A stretch of 40,000 nucleotides of DNA from Clostridia bacterium (lineage in GTDB: Bacteria; Bacillota; Clostridia; Christensenellales; UBA1242). Below are positions 29,591-38,174 of this stretch, piece by piece (position 1 is the stretch's first letter; each line of letters opens with the position of its first letter). The stretch is taken from assembly GCA_045657465.1 (NCBI GenBank), contig JAZOTD010000036.1, positions 11,372-51,371 on the forward strand, written 5' to 3'. The notes under the pieces are model-generated. The model saw only the letters and a program-made list of their open reading frames with translations, ran no database searches and was not told the DNA's origin. The translations under genes were made by a program, and so were the position numbers.

Positions 29591-31287
29591 TATTCACGGC
29601 GAAGTGCATCAATCGGTTGCATTCTAGATGCTTTGATTGCTGGGAACATACCAAAGATAAGACCAATCGCAGTGCAGAATCCTAAACTCATTCCAATAAC
29701 CCAGAATGGCATTGGGATCGCAAATCCAATAAAGTGTCCAATTATTGCACAACCAATCGCAGAAATTCCAAGACCAATTGCACCACCAATAAGTGAAAGC
29801 ATCAATGCTTCAACCAAGAACTGTGTCAAAATAGACGAACGTTTTGCACCAATCGCCTTTCTAACACCAATTTCACGAGTTCTTTCAGTAACTGCAACCA
29901 GCATGATATTCATAATGCCAATACCACCAATTACAAGCGAAACAACTGAAATAACGGTGAGCATAATTGTAAGTGTATTCATTACATTATCAACAATTGA
30001 CGCAACTGCGCTCATAGAGATAATCATAAAGTCTTGACCATACATTAAAAGTTTTTGAGACATAAACGCAGCTGTAACATCATTTATTCTATCTTCCATC
30101 ACATCTTCTGTTTTAAATCTCATATATGCATAAGATACAGGTGTTTCTTCAAGTGTCTTTTCTGTTTCACCAAGAGGAGCCAAGTTTGTTTCATCTAAAA
30201 GCATATATGCTGTGCCTTTAACAGAACTCATAATGAGATCAAAAATTGAAAAACTATCACTAGATCCAGATGTCATACTTGACATCATCATATTAGCTTT
30301 TTCTTTTAAAACACCACATATTGAATATGTTTTAACGTTGTCTTTTTCATAGATTTCTTTAATCTCTAATGGATTTGTCATATTTAAAGCCGCTTTATAT
30401 GGAGGCTCAATCAATTGAGTTTGTCCTGTGGAATTATCCACATATTCAACACCTTCAACAAGTCTTGTTTTTGCAAACTCATTGCTAAATGTGAAATAAT
30501 CAATTGAAACAATCAAATCATTTCCATCAACTTTTTTATCATTGACTGTAAAACCAATGTTTTTCATATATGTTTCAACAGCTAGAACAATATTATCGTC
30601 AACTGCCGTCATAAAATGAAACGTCAAGTCAACATAATATGTAACACCCAATGTAACATATCGATCCATTGCTTCTTCATTAGAAACATCTTTACCCAAA
30701 TATGTATCAATAAAATCTCTATCAACCAGCAACTCATCTACCGTTTCAGGAAATCTACCTTCATATTCAATATCATAAACACTGTCAAAATTCTTTGTCA
30801 CTGCCATAACTGATGACTTGCTTGGTGCTGGCTTTTCAAGATTTGCCTTCATACTGTTATAAATGGTTTTTTCAGACTCTGTCATTTTGTCATAAGTTTC
30901 TTTTGAAACAACAACCTTGTTAAAGGTCAAAAAATCTTGAATTAACTCACCATCTGCAATATCTGTCAAATCACTTGCAACAACCGCATTTTTTGAATAA
31001 ATCAACGAATAATCATAATAATCATCATTCTTTTTATTTCCTTGATTATTTTTCAAAACATAATCAGTTGCACTGTAAGTCATATTTTCAGAAGTGCTCA
31101 TCATGATTGCAAGTGTGCTTTGGGTTCTAATTTGTGAAACAACAGCTGTTTGCACACCAGATGCAACACTGGTTAAAAGCGCAACCGTCATCACACCAAT
31201 AATAATTCCAAGCATTGTAAGAAAACTTCTAAGTTTATTTGACCAAAGTGACTTTGAAGCCATTTTTATTGCTTGCCAAAGATGCAT
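29590..31287 (-). CDS. MacB/FtsX-type ABC transporter permease
   Basis: SLWSNKLRSFLTMLGIIIGVMTVALLTSV; IGIMNIMLVAVTERTREIGVRKAIGAKRSSILTQFLVEALMLSLIGGAIGL. Confidence 0.95.
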   Translation of the reverse strand: MHLWQAIKMASKSLWSNKLRSFLTMLGIIIGVMTVALLTSVASGVQTAVVSQIRTQSTLAIMMSTSENMTYSATDYVLKNNQGNKKNDDYYDYSLIYSKNAVVASDLTDIADGELIQDFLTFNKVVVSKETYDKMTESEKTIYNSMKANLEKPAPSKSSVMAVTKNFDSVYDIEYEGRFPETVDELLVDRDFIDTYLGKDVSNEEAMDRYVTLGVTYYVDLTFHFMTAVDDNIVLAVETYMKNIGFTVNDKKVDGNDLIVSIDYFTFSNEFAKTRLVEGVEYVDNSTGQTQLIEPPYKAALNMTNPLEIKEIYEKDNVKTYSICGVLKEKANMMMSSMTSGSSDSFSIFDLIMSSVKGTAYMLLDETNLAPLGETEKTLEETPVSYAYMRFKTEDVMEDRINDVTAAFMSQKLLMYGQDFMIISMSAVASIVDNVMNTLTIMLTVISVVSLVIGGIGIMNIMLVAVTERTREIGVRKAIGAKRSSILTQFLVEALMLSLIGGAIGLGISAIGCAIIGHFIGFAIPMPFWVIGMSLGFCTAIGLIFGMFPAIKASRMQPIDALRRE

Positions 31288-31288
31288 A

Positions 31289-32041
31289 TTAGTTTTCCTC
31301 CTTTGCTTTTTTTGTTCTGGTTTTTGGGAGCTTTTTTAAATCAACATCGGCATAAGTGTCAATGGCATCATTAACCACATCACTATCAATCTTTCCATCT
31401 TTAATATGCACTACACGTCTTGAAAGTTTTGCAATCTCGTCATTATGTGTAATAATCACAACTGTTGTGCCCTTCTTGTTTAAATCTTTCAAGATTTTCA
31501 TAATTTCATCACCAGTTTTGGTGTCAAGATTTCCTGTTGGTTCATCTGCTAAAATACACATTGGATTTGTTGCAAGAGCTCTAGCAATAGCAACTCTTTG
31601 TTGCTGACCACCCGAAAGTTCACTTGGTTTATGTTTCATTCTTTCTTTCATGCCAACAATTTCAAGTGCCTTTGTTACCCTTTGATGCCTTTCAGTTTTC
31701 TTTATTCCTTGATAAATAAGTGGAAGTTCAACATTTTCATAGGCGTTCATGTTATGCAACAGATTGAATCCCTGAAAAATAAACCCCATTTTTTTGTTAC
31801 GCAAAAAAGCAAGTTGATTTTCTGAATATTTTGAAACTTCAACCCCATCAATTAAATACTTTCCTTCTGTGGCAATATCAAGACAACCCACAATATTCAT
31901 CATTGTAGACTTTCCAGACCCTGATGGTCCAATAATTGTCACAAACTCCCCATCTTCAATTTTAAGCGAAACATCATCAAGCGCCTTAACGATATTATCA
32001 CCCATTTTGTAATATTTTTTTATATGCTTTAATTCAATCAA
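31289..32041 (-). CDS. MacB/LolD-type ABC transporter ATPase
   Basis: GPSGSGKSTMMNIVGCLD, LSGGQQQRVAIARALATNPMCILADEPTGNLD. Confidence 0.97.
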   Translation of the reverse strand: MIELKHIKKYYKMGDNIVKALDDVSLKIEDGEFVTIIGPSGSGKSTMMNIVGCLDIATEGKYLIDGVEVSKYSENQLAFLRNKKMGFIFQGFNLLHNMNAYENVELPLIYQGIKKTERHQRVTKALEIVGMKERMKHKPSELSGGQQQRVAIARALATNPMCILADEPTGNLDTKTGDEIMKILKDLNKKGTTVVIITHNDEIAKLSRRVVHIKDGKIDSDVVNDAIDTYADVDLKKLPKTRTKKAKEEN

Positions 32042-32164
32042 AGTCTTAACTCCTTAAATTTATGACACCATTATACGCAAATTCTAAAAAATCTAAAAAT
32101 GATTTTATTACATTTCCTTAAAATATTTTTATATAAAATATAATAATGCAAAATCACAGTTTCT

Positions 32165-32191
32165 TGTTACAGAAAAAAAGACACTGTAACA
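32165..32191. promoter_or_regulatory. Candidate operator (inverted repeat) between ABC operon and TetR gene
   Basis: TGTTACAG-N11-CTGTAACA perfect 8-bp arms in the divergent intergenic region. Confidence 0.45.
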
Positions 32192-32323
32192 TTTTTAACT
32201 CGTGATAATTTCAATATTTACATTAAAACGTATATTTGTTGTAACACCATAAATTTATTTGCATAAACTCAAAAAATTATATGGATTAAAGTCATACTCG
32301 TTCAAAAATAGGAGCATGATATT

Positions 32324-32863
32324 ATGGAAGAAAAAGAAAACCTAACCAAAGGCTATATATATGACGCATTCAAATATTTGTTAAGACAAAAGAAATATGA
32401 CGACATTTCAGTATGTGACATCACTGAAAAAGCGGGTGTTTCAAGAATGTCTTTTTATCGCAATTTCAAATCAAAAGAAGACCTGCTTTATCAGGGCATT
32501 GATGTTATTTTCAGCAATTTAAGAAAAAAGTTTGTTGCTTGCGAAAATAAAAACATCTACACAGTAACAAAACTCATTTTTGAAACCTTCAAAGGATACA
32601 AAACCGAGCTCTTTTCATTATCAAACAGCAAAGTCACTCAAGCAATCTTAGACACTGTTCCTGAAAAACTAAAAGAAAATACTGATGATGATTACATGAA
32701 CAAAACTTCAAAATATATCCCTATCTTCTACTATGGAGCCATCACCACAGTTCTCTTTGATTGGCTAAAAAACGGAACTGAAGAACCACCAGAAGAAATG
32801 GCAAAAATGATTTCAGGACTCATAAACTTCGACATTCATGACGAATCACTTGTGGCCGAATAA
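32324..32863 (+). CDS. TetR/AcrR family transcriptional regulator
   Basis: YLLRQKKYDDISVCDITEKAGVSRMSFYRNFKSKEDLLYQ helix-turn-helix. Confidence 0.9.
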   Translation: MEEKENLTKGYIYDAFKYLLRQKKYDDISVCDITEKAGVSRMSFYRNFKSKEDLLYQGIDVIFSNLRKKFVACENKNIYTVTKLIFETFKGYKTELFSLSNSKVTQAILDTVPEKLKENTDDDYMNKTSKYIPIFYYGAITTVLFDWLKNGTEEPPEEMAKMISGLINFDIHDESLVAE

Positions 32864-32914
32864 CACATCAAAAATCACAACAATCCCACTTATATTTTTC
32901 TTAATTATTAATGG

Positions 32915-32943
32915 TTGACAAATCTTTTTTGCGTGGTTATAAT
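32915..32943 (+). promoter_or_regulatory. Sigma-70-type promoter upstream of T-box/glyS
   Basis: TTGACA (32915-32920), 17-bp spacer, TATAAT (32938-32943). Confidence 0.9.
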
Positions 32944-32954
32944 ATACCCATAAA

Positions 32955-33122
32955 TTGCGTTGAAAAAGAAGAGTAAACTTGAAGGTTGCTTATAGAGAGT
33001 TCCGCTTGGTGGAAAGGAACAGCAAACGCAAATCGAAGGCACTTTGGAGCAATCATTAAAAAAGAGTGAGTGTCACATGACACTAATAAGGGTGGAACCA
33101 CGGGTCTAATCTCTCGCCCCTT
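32955..33122 (+). promoter_or_regulatory. T-box leader, glycine-specific
   Basis: T-box sequence AGGGTGGAACCACGG (33089-33103), stem-I-like AGAGAGTTCCGCTTGGTGGAAAGGAAC, specifier-like GGC-A at 33038-33041, located upstream of glycyl-tRNA synthetase. Confidence 0.92.
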
Positions 33123-33232
33123 AGCAAAACTGAATAAATCACATATGTTTTATTCCCTTTTGCTATCGCGTGCGAAAAAGATTAGGCCTTTTGTTTTGGC
33201 TAAAAAACAAAATAAATTTAGGAGAAACAAAT

Positions 33233-34606
33233 ATGAAAAACTTAACAATGGACAAACTTGTAAGTCATTGCAAAAACACAGGTATTGTCTATCCAGGTTC
33301 TGACATTTATGACGGACTTGCAAACACTTGGGATTATGGTCCTGTTGGTGTCGAACTCAAAAACAACATCAAAAAAGTTTGGTGGAAACGTTTCGTTCAA
33401 GAAGCTGACAACAGTTATGGCGTTGACGCAGCAATATTGATGAACCCTAGAGTTTGGGAGGCTTCTGGACACGTTGCATCATTCACCGACCCAAAAATGG
33501 ATTGCAAACGTTGCAAAACAAGAATGAGAGCCGACAATCTTATCGAAGCTCACTCAAAAGGCTCAGTAAATGCTGACGCTATGACAAATGAAGAAATGGA
33601 AGCATATATTCAAGAACATCAAGTTAAATGCCCTACTTGCGGAAACTTTGATTGGACACCAATCCGCCAATTCCACCTTATGTTCCAAACATCAAGAGAC
33701 CTTACTGGCGGAAAAGATGATGTTATCTATCTTCGTCCAGAAACTGCTCAAGGTGAATTCGTAAACTTCATGAACGTTCAAAGAACAACCCGTGCAAAAG
33801 TTCCTTTCGGAATTGGACAAATCGGAAAAGCATTTAGAAACGAAATCACTCCAGGAAACTTTACTTTTAGAACAATCGAGTTTGAACAAATGGAACACCA
33901 ATTGTTCTGCAAAAACGAAGAAGCCGGTTTTGATTTCTATGCAAAATACAAAAAAGATGCATATGATTTCCTTATCGACCTTGGATTCAACAAAGACGAC
34001 TTAAACTACAAAGACCACGAAAAGCTTGCATTCTATGCAAAAGCAGCTTGTGACATCATCTTCAAATATCCATTCGGTTGGAATGAACTTAATGGTATTC
34101 ACTACAGAACCGACTATGATTTGGGCAGACATCAAGAATATTCAGGCAAAAACATGCTCTATATCGACCCAGTAACTAATGAAAAATATGTTCCACATGT
34201 TGTAGAATATTCAATTGGTGCTGACAGACTCACCCTTGCAGTTCTTTGTGAATTCTATGATGAAGAAGAACTTGAAGGTGGCGACACAAGAGTTGTATAT
34301 CGTTTCCACCCTGCTATCGCTCCATATAAAGTTGCAGTGCTTCCACTTCAAAAGAACATGAGTGAAAAAGCAAGAGAAATCTACAAAAAACTTGCAAAAC
34401 ACTTTATGTGCACATATGACGAAGCTGGCTCTATCGGAAAGAGATATCGTCGCCAAGACCAAATCGGCACTCCATTCTGTGTAACAATCGACTTTGACAC
34501 ACTCGAAGACGGAACAGTTACCATTCGTGAAAGAGACACAATGCAACAACGCAGAATTTCTGTTGATGAACTCATCTCTTATGTAAACGAAAAAATCGTT
34601 TTCTAA
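33233..34606 (+). CDS. glyS: Glycyl-tRNA synthetase, single-chain class II (track ORF starts at 33170; AGGAG-preceded ATG is 33233)
   Basis: YPGSDIYDGLANTWDYGPVGVELKNNIKKVWW, RPETAQGEFVNF, GIGQIGKAFRNEITPGNFTFRTIEFEQMEHQ. Confidence 0.98.
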   Translation: MKNLTMDKLVSHCKNTGIVYPGSDIYDGLANTWDYGPVGVELKNNIKKVWWKRFVQEADNSYGVDAAILMNPRVWEASGHVASFTDPKMDCKRCKTRMRADNLIEAHSKGSVNADAMTNEEMEAYIQEHQVKCPTCGNFDWTPIRQFHLMFQTSRDLTGGKDDVIYLRPETAQGEFVNFMNVQRTTRAKVPFGIGQIGKAFRNEITPGNFTFRTIEFEQMEHQLFCKNEEAGFDFYAKYKKDAYDFLIDLGFNKDDLNYKDHEKLAFYAKAACDIIFKYPFGWNELNGIHYRTDYDLGRHQEYSGKNMLYIDPVTNEKYVPHVVEYSIGADRLTLAVLCEFYDEEELEGGDTRVVYRFHPAIAPYKVAVLPLQKNMSEKAREIYKKLAKHFMCTYDEAGSIGKRYRRQDQIGTPFCVTIDFDTLEDGTVTIRERDTMQQRRISVDELISYVNEKIVF

Positions 34607-34609
34607 ATA

Positions 34610-34640
34610 AAAAGCACCCTTCTTGTTAAGGGTGTTTTTC
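34610..34640 (+). terminator. Rho-independent terminator of glyS
   Basis: GCACCCTTcttgttAAGGGTGTTTTT. Confidence 0.85.
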
Positions 34641-34664
34641 TTTCATTATCTGTGTAAATGCTGA

Positions 34665-34706
34665 AAATAAAAGGTGTTATGCCAAACATAACACCTTATT
34701 TTTTAT
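34665..34706 (-). terminator. Rho-independent terminator overlapping the 3' end of the 34703-35548 gene
   Basis: AAAATAAAAGGTGTTATGccaaaCATAACACCTTATTTTTT. Confidence 0.75.
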
Positions 34707-35548
34707 TTAATTAAATTTGCATATCTGCCTGCGCAATCTTCATAAAGCTTTTTAAATTCATTTGTCTTTGCATCGTCTTCACCTATCGCATTATAGACAA
34801 CATATCCCGCATAGCTAAGCTTCATAAGTGAAAACTCTAGCAGTATTTCACTAACCTTTCCTTTAACGTTTGAACTTGCAAGCATTGCTTCAATTTGGTC
34901 AATTCTCAATTCTAAAAGTTCAGCAACATCTTTATCTGCATCGTTAAGTTCAAATGTTTCAAGCAACGCCTTATAGTCTTCTTTTGTAGTCTTTTTGTCA
35001 TTTTTTAACAAATCAACATATGTTGCAAACGCATATTCTGTAATTTTTCCATTTTTTAGCGATTTCAACACTTCAACCTGAATTGCACTTTCTTTATCTG
35101 TTAAACCATACAAACATTTGATTTTCCTGTTCACCAAATATGCATTAACATCTCCAACATAAGCATACATTGACTTGTTTTTTGCGTTATAAACGCTTGA
35201 AACATCAAGCTTTGTGCAAAATTCGTCATATTCATCATCACTCATTAATTCAGTGATATATTCAAGCTCTTTTTCTTTATTTGAATATTCTTGTTCAAAG
35301 AGAATCAAATTATATAAATCACTTAACTCTCCGCTCTTTTTATACTGCATTTCATAACAAGCTTCTTCTGCCCTAATAATTCCAAAAAAGTTAAATATTT
35401 TGGCGTCAAAATTTGGGGCTAAAAAGAACAATGTAGAAATTAGATAAAAGAATACAAAAACAACGGCTAGCATGATTTTTGTGAATGTTTTAAACGAATT
35501 TAACCATGTTTTTTTATCAATATAAACTTCTTTTGTAACCGAAGCCAT
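34703..35548 (-). CDS. Hypothetical membrane-anchored protein
   Basis: One strong TM segment FTKIMLAVVFVFFYLISTLFFLAP; translationally coupled to rpiB-like gene. Confidence 0.6.
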   Translation of the reverse strand: MASVTKEVYIDKKTWLNSFKTFTKIMLAVVFVFFYLISTLFFLAPNFDAKIFNFFGIIRAEEACYEMQYKKSGELSDLYNLILFEQEYSNKEKELEYITELMSDDEYDEFCTKLDVSSVYNAKNKSMYAYVGDVNAYLVNRKIKCLYGLTDKESAIQVEVLKSLKNGKITEYAFATYVDLLKNDKKTTKEDYKALLETFELNDADKDVAELLELRIDQIEAMLASSNVKGKVSEILLEFSLMKLSYAGYVVYNAIGEDDAKTNEFKKLYEDCAGRYANLIK

Positions 35549-36030
35549 TAAACCCTTCCCGCCTTTTCTATTTTTGCAATTTGAGCAATTCTTCTTGAGT
35601 GTCTTTCTTCGCCCATAAATTGCGTAGAAATAAACACATTCAAAATTCTAATCATTTTGCGCTTGCAAAGCTTAACTTCATAATTTTCATCAGCTTTTCC
35701 TGCTGCAAACACAATTGCATTGGCATCTTCATCGCGTCTTGCAAAATATGCAGAGCCTTCTTCACTAGGAAGCACCGCTCTAATCCCCGCAAACTTATTT
35801 GCAACAATATTCATGCCGACTCCAGTTCCGCAAAGCAAAATCATTCCGTCTGCCTTTTCTTTCAAAAACATATCATATGCCTTGCTTGCTAAAACTGGAT
35901 AATCATTAGCTTCGCCAGCATCTTCAACCACTGAAAAATCAAGATTTTGCTCGGTTAAATAAGCCTTGATTTTATCAACATATTTTCCGTCAACTCTATG
36001 GTCATATACCACAATGAATTTTTTGAACAT
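35548..36030 (-). CDS. rpiB: RpiB/LacA/LacB family sugar-phosphate isomerase
   Basis: DGMILLCGTGVGMNIVANKFAGIRAVLPSEEGSAYFARRDEDANAIVFAAG. Confidence 0.85.
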   Translation of the reverse strand: MFKKFIVVYDHRVDGKYVDKIKAYLTEQNLDFSVVEDAGEANDYPVLASKAYDMFLKEKADGMILLCGTGVGMNIVANKFAGIRAVLPSEEGSAYFARRDEDANAIVFAAGKADENYEVKLCKRKMIRILNVFISTQFMGEERHSRRIAQIAKIEKAGRV

Positions 36031-36100
36031 AATATTCTCCTAACACAATTAGTTTATAATTTTTATATTATGTTGTCAAACAAAACAAAAAGAAGTATCT

Positions 36101-36256
36101 CTACTTCTTTTTATCTTGGAATCGACTTATTTGTTGTTTCAATGACTTAATTTCACGTTTTAGAGCGTCCATATCACGTTCTTGCAACGCAATCAAATTG
36201 TCTTTTTCTTTAACAATCTCCCCAAACTCTCCAAACTCATCAAAACCACTCATAAA
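36101..36256 (-). CDS. Small 51-aa acidic coiled-coil-like protein, hypothetical
   Basis: Reverse strand reads MSGFDDEFGEFGEIVKEKDNLIALQERDMDALKREIKSLKQQISRFQDKKK*; GGAGT upstream; hairpin at its stop; not in supplied ORF track (too short). Confidence 0.55.
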   Translation of the reverse strand, partial: FMSGFDEFGEFGEIVKEKDNLIALQERDMDALKREIKSLKQQISRFQDKKK

Positions 36257-36301
36257 TGACTCCTACTGTTATTATGAGCCGTTTAATTCATTTTATGCAT
36301 A

Positions 36302-36328
36302 AAAAAACACCCTTTTTAGGGTGTTTTG
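36302..36328 (-). terminator. Rho-independent terminator downstream of sepF
   Basis: AAAAAACACCCttttTAGGGTGTTTT hairpin. Confidence 0.75.
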
Positions 36329-36329
36329 A

Positions 36330-36917
36330 TTAGTTATCCATTCCTTGATTTTGTTCAGGGGTTCTAATATTAAATCCTTCAGGAGTCAAGAGGAATATAT
36401 TGCTGTCAACATGTCTAATATTTCCATTAAGTGCATAAATCGCACCACTTGTGCAGTCTAAAAGGCGTTGAGAATCATATTCATTCATATTTTGAAGATT
36501 CAAAACAACTGATTCGCCTTCTTTTAAATAATTGATAACAATTTGCACATCATCAAATTTTGTTGGGTACAAAAATTCAACATTTTTAGTTCCATATCCG
36601 CCAACATTTGAATTTAGACCATAATTATTCACAGGCGCAGTGTATGACCTGTTATATTGAGAAGGATTTTCAGCATAAGAAGTTGTTGTGCTTTGTGGTT
36701 TTGGTTGCACATCTTTTTCTTGTCTCAAAGAATATTTTTTTGCAGCTCGGTCAGCTTTTTCTTGAGCTTTTCTTGCTTTATATTCTTCTTTTTGTCTTCT
36801 TTTTTCATCTTGAGCACGCTGTCTTTCTTCTCGAATCTTCTCTTTTTCTATTGAATCGTCGTAGACTTCTTCATTTTCAAAGCCCACTCCTTTCATAAGC
36901 CAATTCATAAATCCCAT
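36330..36917 (-). CDS. sepF: Cell division protein SepF
   Basis: MGFMNWLMKGVGF start; VEFLYPTKFDDVQIVINYLKEGESVVLNLQNMNEYDSQRLLDCTSGAIYALNGNIRHVDSNIFLLTPEGFNI. Confidence 0.93.
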   Translation of the reverse strand: MGFMNWLMKGVGFENEEVYDDSIEKEKIREERQRAQDEKRRQKEEYKARKAQEKADRAAKKYSLRQEKDVQPKPQSTTTSYAENPSQYNRSYTAPVNNYGLNSNVGGYGTKNVEFLYPTKFDDVQIVINYLKEGESVVLNLQNMNEYDSQRLLDCTSGAIYALNGNIRHVDSNIFLLTPEGFNIRTPEQNQGMDN

Positions 36918-36993
36918 AAATTGCCACCCCTATCTAGCCTAATAATAACACATTTTACACAAATTTCAAATTATTTTTTCATAATTTTATGAT

Positions 36994-37749
36994 TTACTGC
37001 AAATTATTGAACATATCAACTTTCAGTCGTGCAAAATTAAATTTTAATTCACAAATTAACGACTCTTTCTTTCCACTTTGAAAAAACTTATTAAAAAACT
37101 CATCAAAATAATTAACAAGCATATTTGCATAGGTCGTCAAATCTTCAAAAATCTTCTCATTTTTCGGGTTTTCAAACAAATCGATTAAGTCTTGAAATTC
37201 AAGTTTTGTTTTCAATAACTTCGAAGAAAAATCTCCATCACCAATCTCACCTTTCAAATATTCAATCTGCACATGCTCAAAATCATTAATAAATTTATAA
37301 TATTTCTCAAAAAATCTCGAATAACTTAAATTTTGAGCAATATGTGATGCAGTTTTTTTATTAATAGCTTTTGCTTCAAGCTTAACAACCCCCGCAGTTG
37401 AAAAAGACTGCTTTAAATTTTCTTTAATTTCAATTGCATCAGCTTCATTCAAATAAACATTTGCCACTAAAAAATACTCTTCTTTAAAAAACAAAACACT
37501 CCCAGCTCCGCCAAGCTTTTTTATTAATTCTTTTTTGTCTTCATCAATTTTTCTTCTATTTTTTTCAACATAAACCACATAAAACACTTGCCGTTCATAA
37601 CACTTTTCAACCTTCTTAAAACTTACCAAACATGCAAAAACTACCGCTAAAAAAATAAAAAATAAAATCACTGCAATCACTGAAATTATCGGCTTTCGCA
37701 AGGGTTTGTCATGTGGCAGGTATGACACATAATCTTGAAAATTACTCAT
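36994..37749 (-). CDS. Hypothetical membrane-anchored protein with possible SPOR-like extracytoplasmic region
   Basis: Single TM segment (PIISVIAVILFFIFLAVVFACLV) then FYVVYVEKNRRKIDEDKKELIKKLGGAGSVLFFKEEYFLVANVYLNEADAIEIKENL. Confidence 0.5.
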   Translation of the reverse strand: MSNFQDYVSYLPHDKPLRKPIISVIAVILFFIFLAVVFACLVSFKKVEKCYERQVFYVVYVEKNRRKIDEDKKELIKKLGGAGSVLFFKEEYFLVANVYLNEADAIEIKENLKQSFSTAGVVKLEAKAINKKTASHIAQNLSYSRFFEKYYKFINDFEHVQIEYLKGEIGDGDFSSKLLKTKLEFQDLIDLFENPKNEKIFEDLTTYANMLVNYFDEFFNKFFQSGKKESLICELKFNFARLKVDMFNNLQ

Positions 37750-37763
37750 ATATCATTTTATGA

Positions 37764-37819
37764 TTAAAGCATACACTTAATCACAAGTTTTTGTCATAAA
37801 AACGTGATTGCATGCTTAA
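37764..37819. promoter_or_regulatory. 56-bp imperfect palindrome upstream of groES promoter
   Basis: TTAAaGCATacacttAATCACaaGTTTTTgtcatAAAAACGTGATTgcATGCTTAA: GTTTTT/AAAAAC, AATCAC/GTGATT and outer TTAA.GC../..GCTTAA arms. Confidence 0.55.
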
Positions 37820-37877
37820 CGTTATAACTTGCCAAAAACGACATATAATTAAGTGTAAATAATTTTAGGAGAACTTT

Positions 37878-38174
37878 ATGAACTTAAAACCATTATTTGA
37901 CAGAGTCGTGCTAAAAGATTTAGAAAAATCATCGCAAACCAAGTCAGGAATATTTATTCCCACAGGCGTTGGCGATGAACCTAAATATGCCAAAGTCGTT
38001 GCTATTGGCGATGGAGACTGCTTTGACGGAAACAAATCTAAAATGGCAGTGTCTGTCGGCGATCATGTTTTATATAACAAATATGGTGCAACACCTTTCA
38101 AAATTGACGACCAAGAATTTCAAATCTTGCGTCAAAGTGACATATTAGGAGTTTTCGAAGGAGACAATAACTAA
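37878..38174 (+). CDS. groS: Co-chaperonin GroES
   Basis: MNLKPLFDRVVLKDLEKSSQTKSGIFIPTGVGDEPKYAKVVAIGDG; adjacent to groEL. Confidence 0.97.
   Translation: MNLKPLFDRVVLKDLEKSSQTKSGIFIPTGVGDEPKYAKVVAIGDGDCFDGNKSKMAVSVGDHVLYNKYGATPFKIDDQEFQILRQSDILGVFEGDNN

Noticed and set aside
31598-31825. Small plus-strand ORFs antisense to the ABC ATPase
   Set aside because: Antisense to a gene with full Walker A, signature and Walker B motifs; no independent support.
33170-33232. Extended N-terminus of glyS (MRKRLGLLFWLKNKINLGETN…)
   Set aside because: Encoded in the leader; a strong AGGAG precedes ATG 33233, where canonical GlyRS homology begins.
37750-37877. CIRCE element upstream of groES
   Set aside because: Looked for TTAGCACTC/GAGTGCTAA; absent. 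The palindrome present has unrelated arms.
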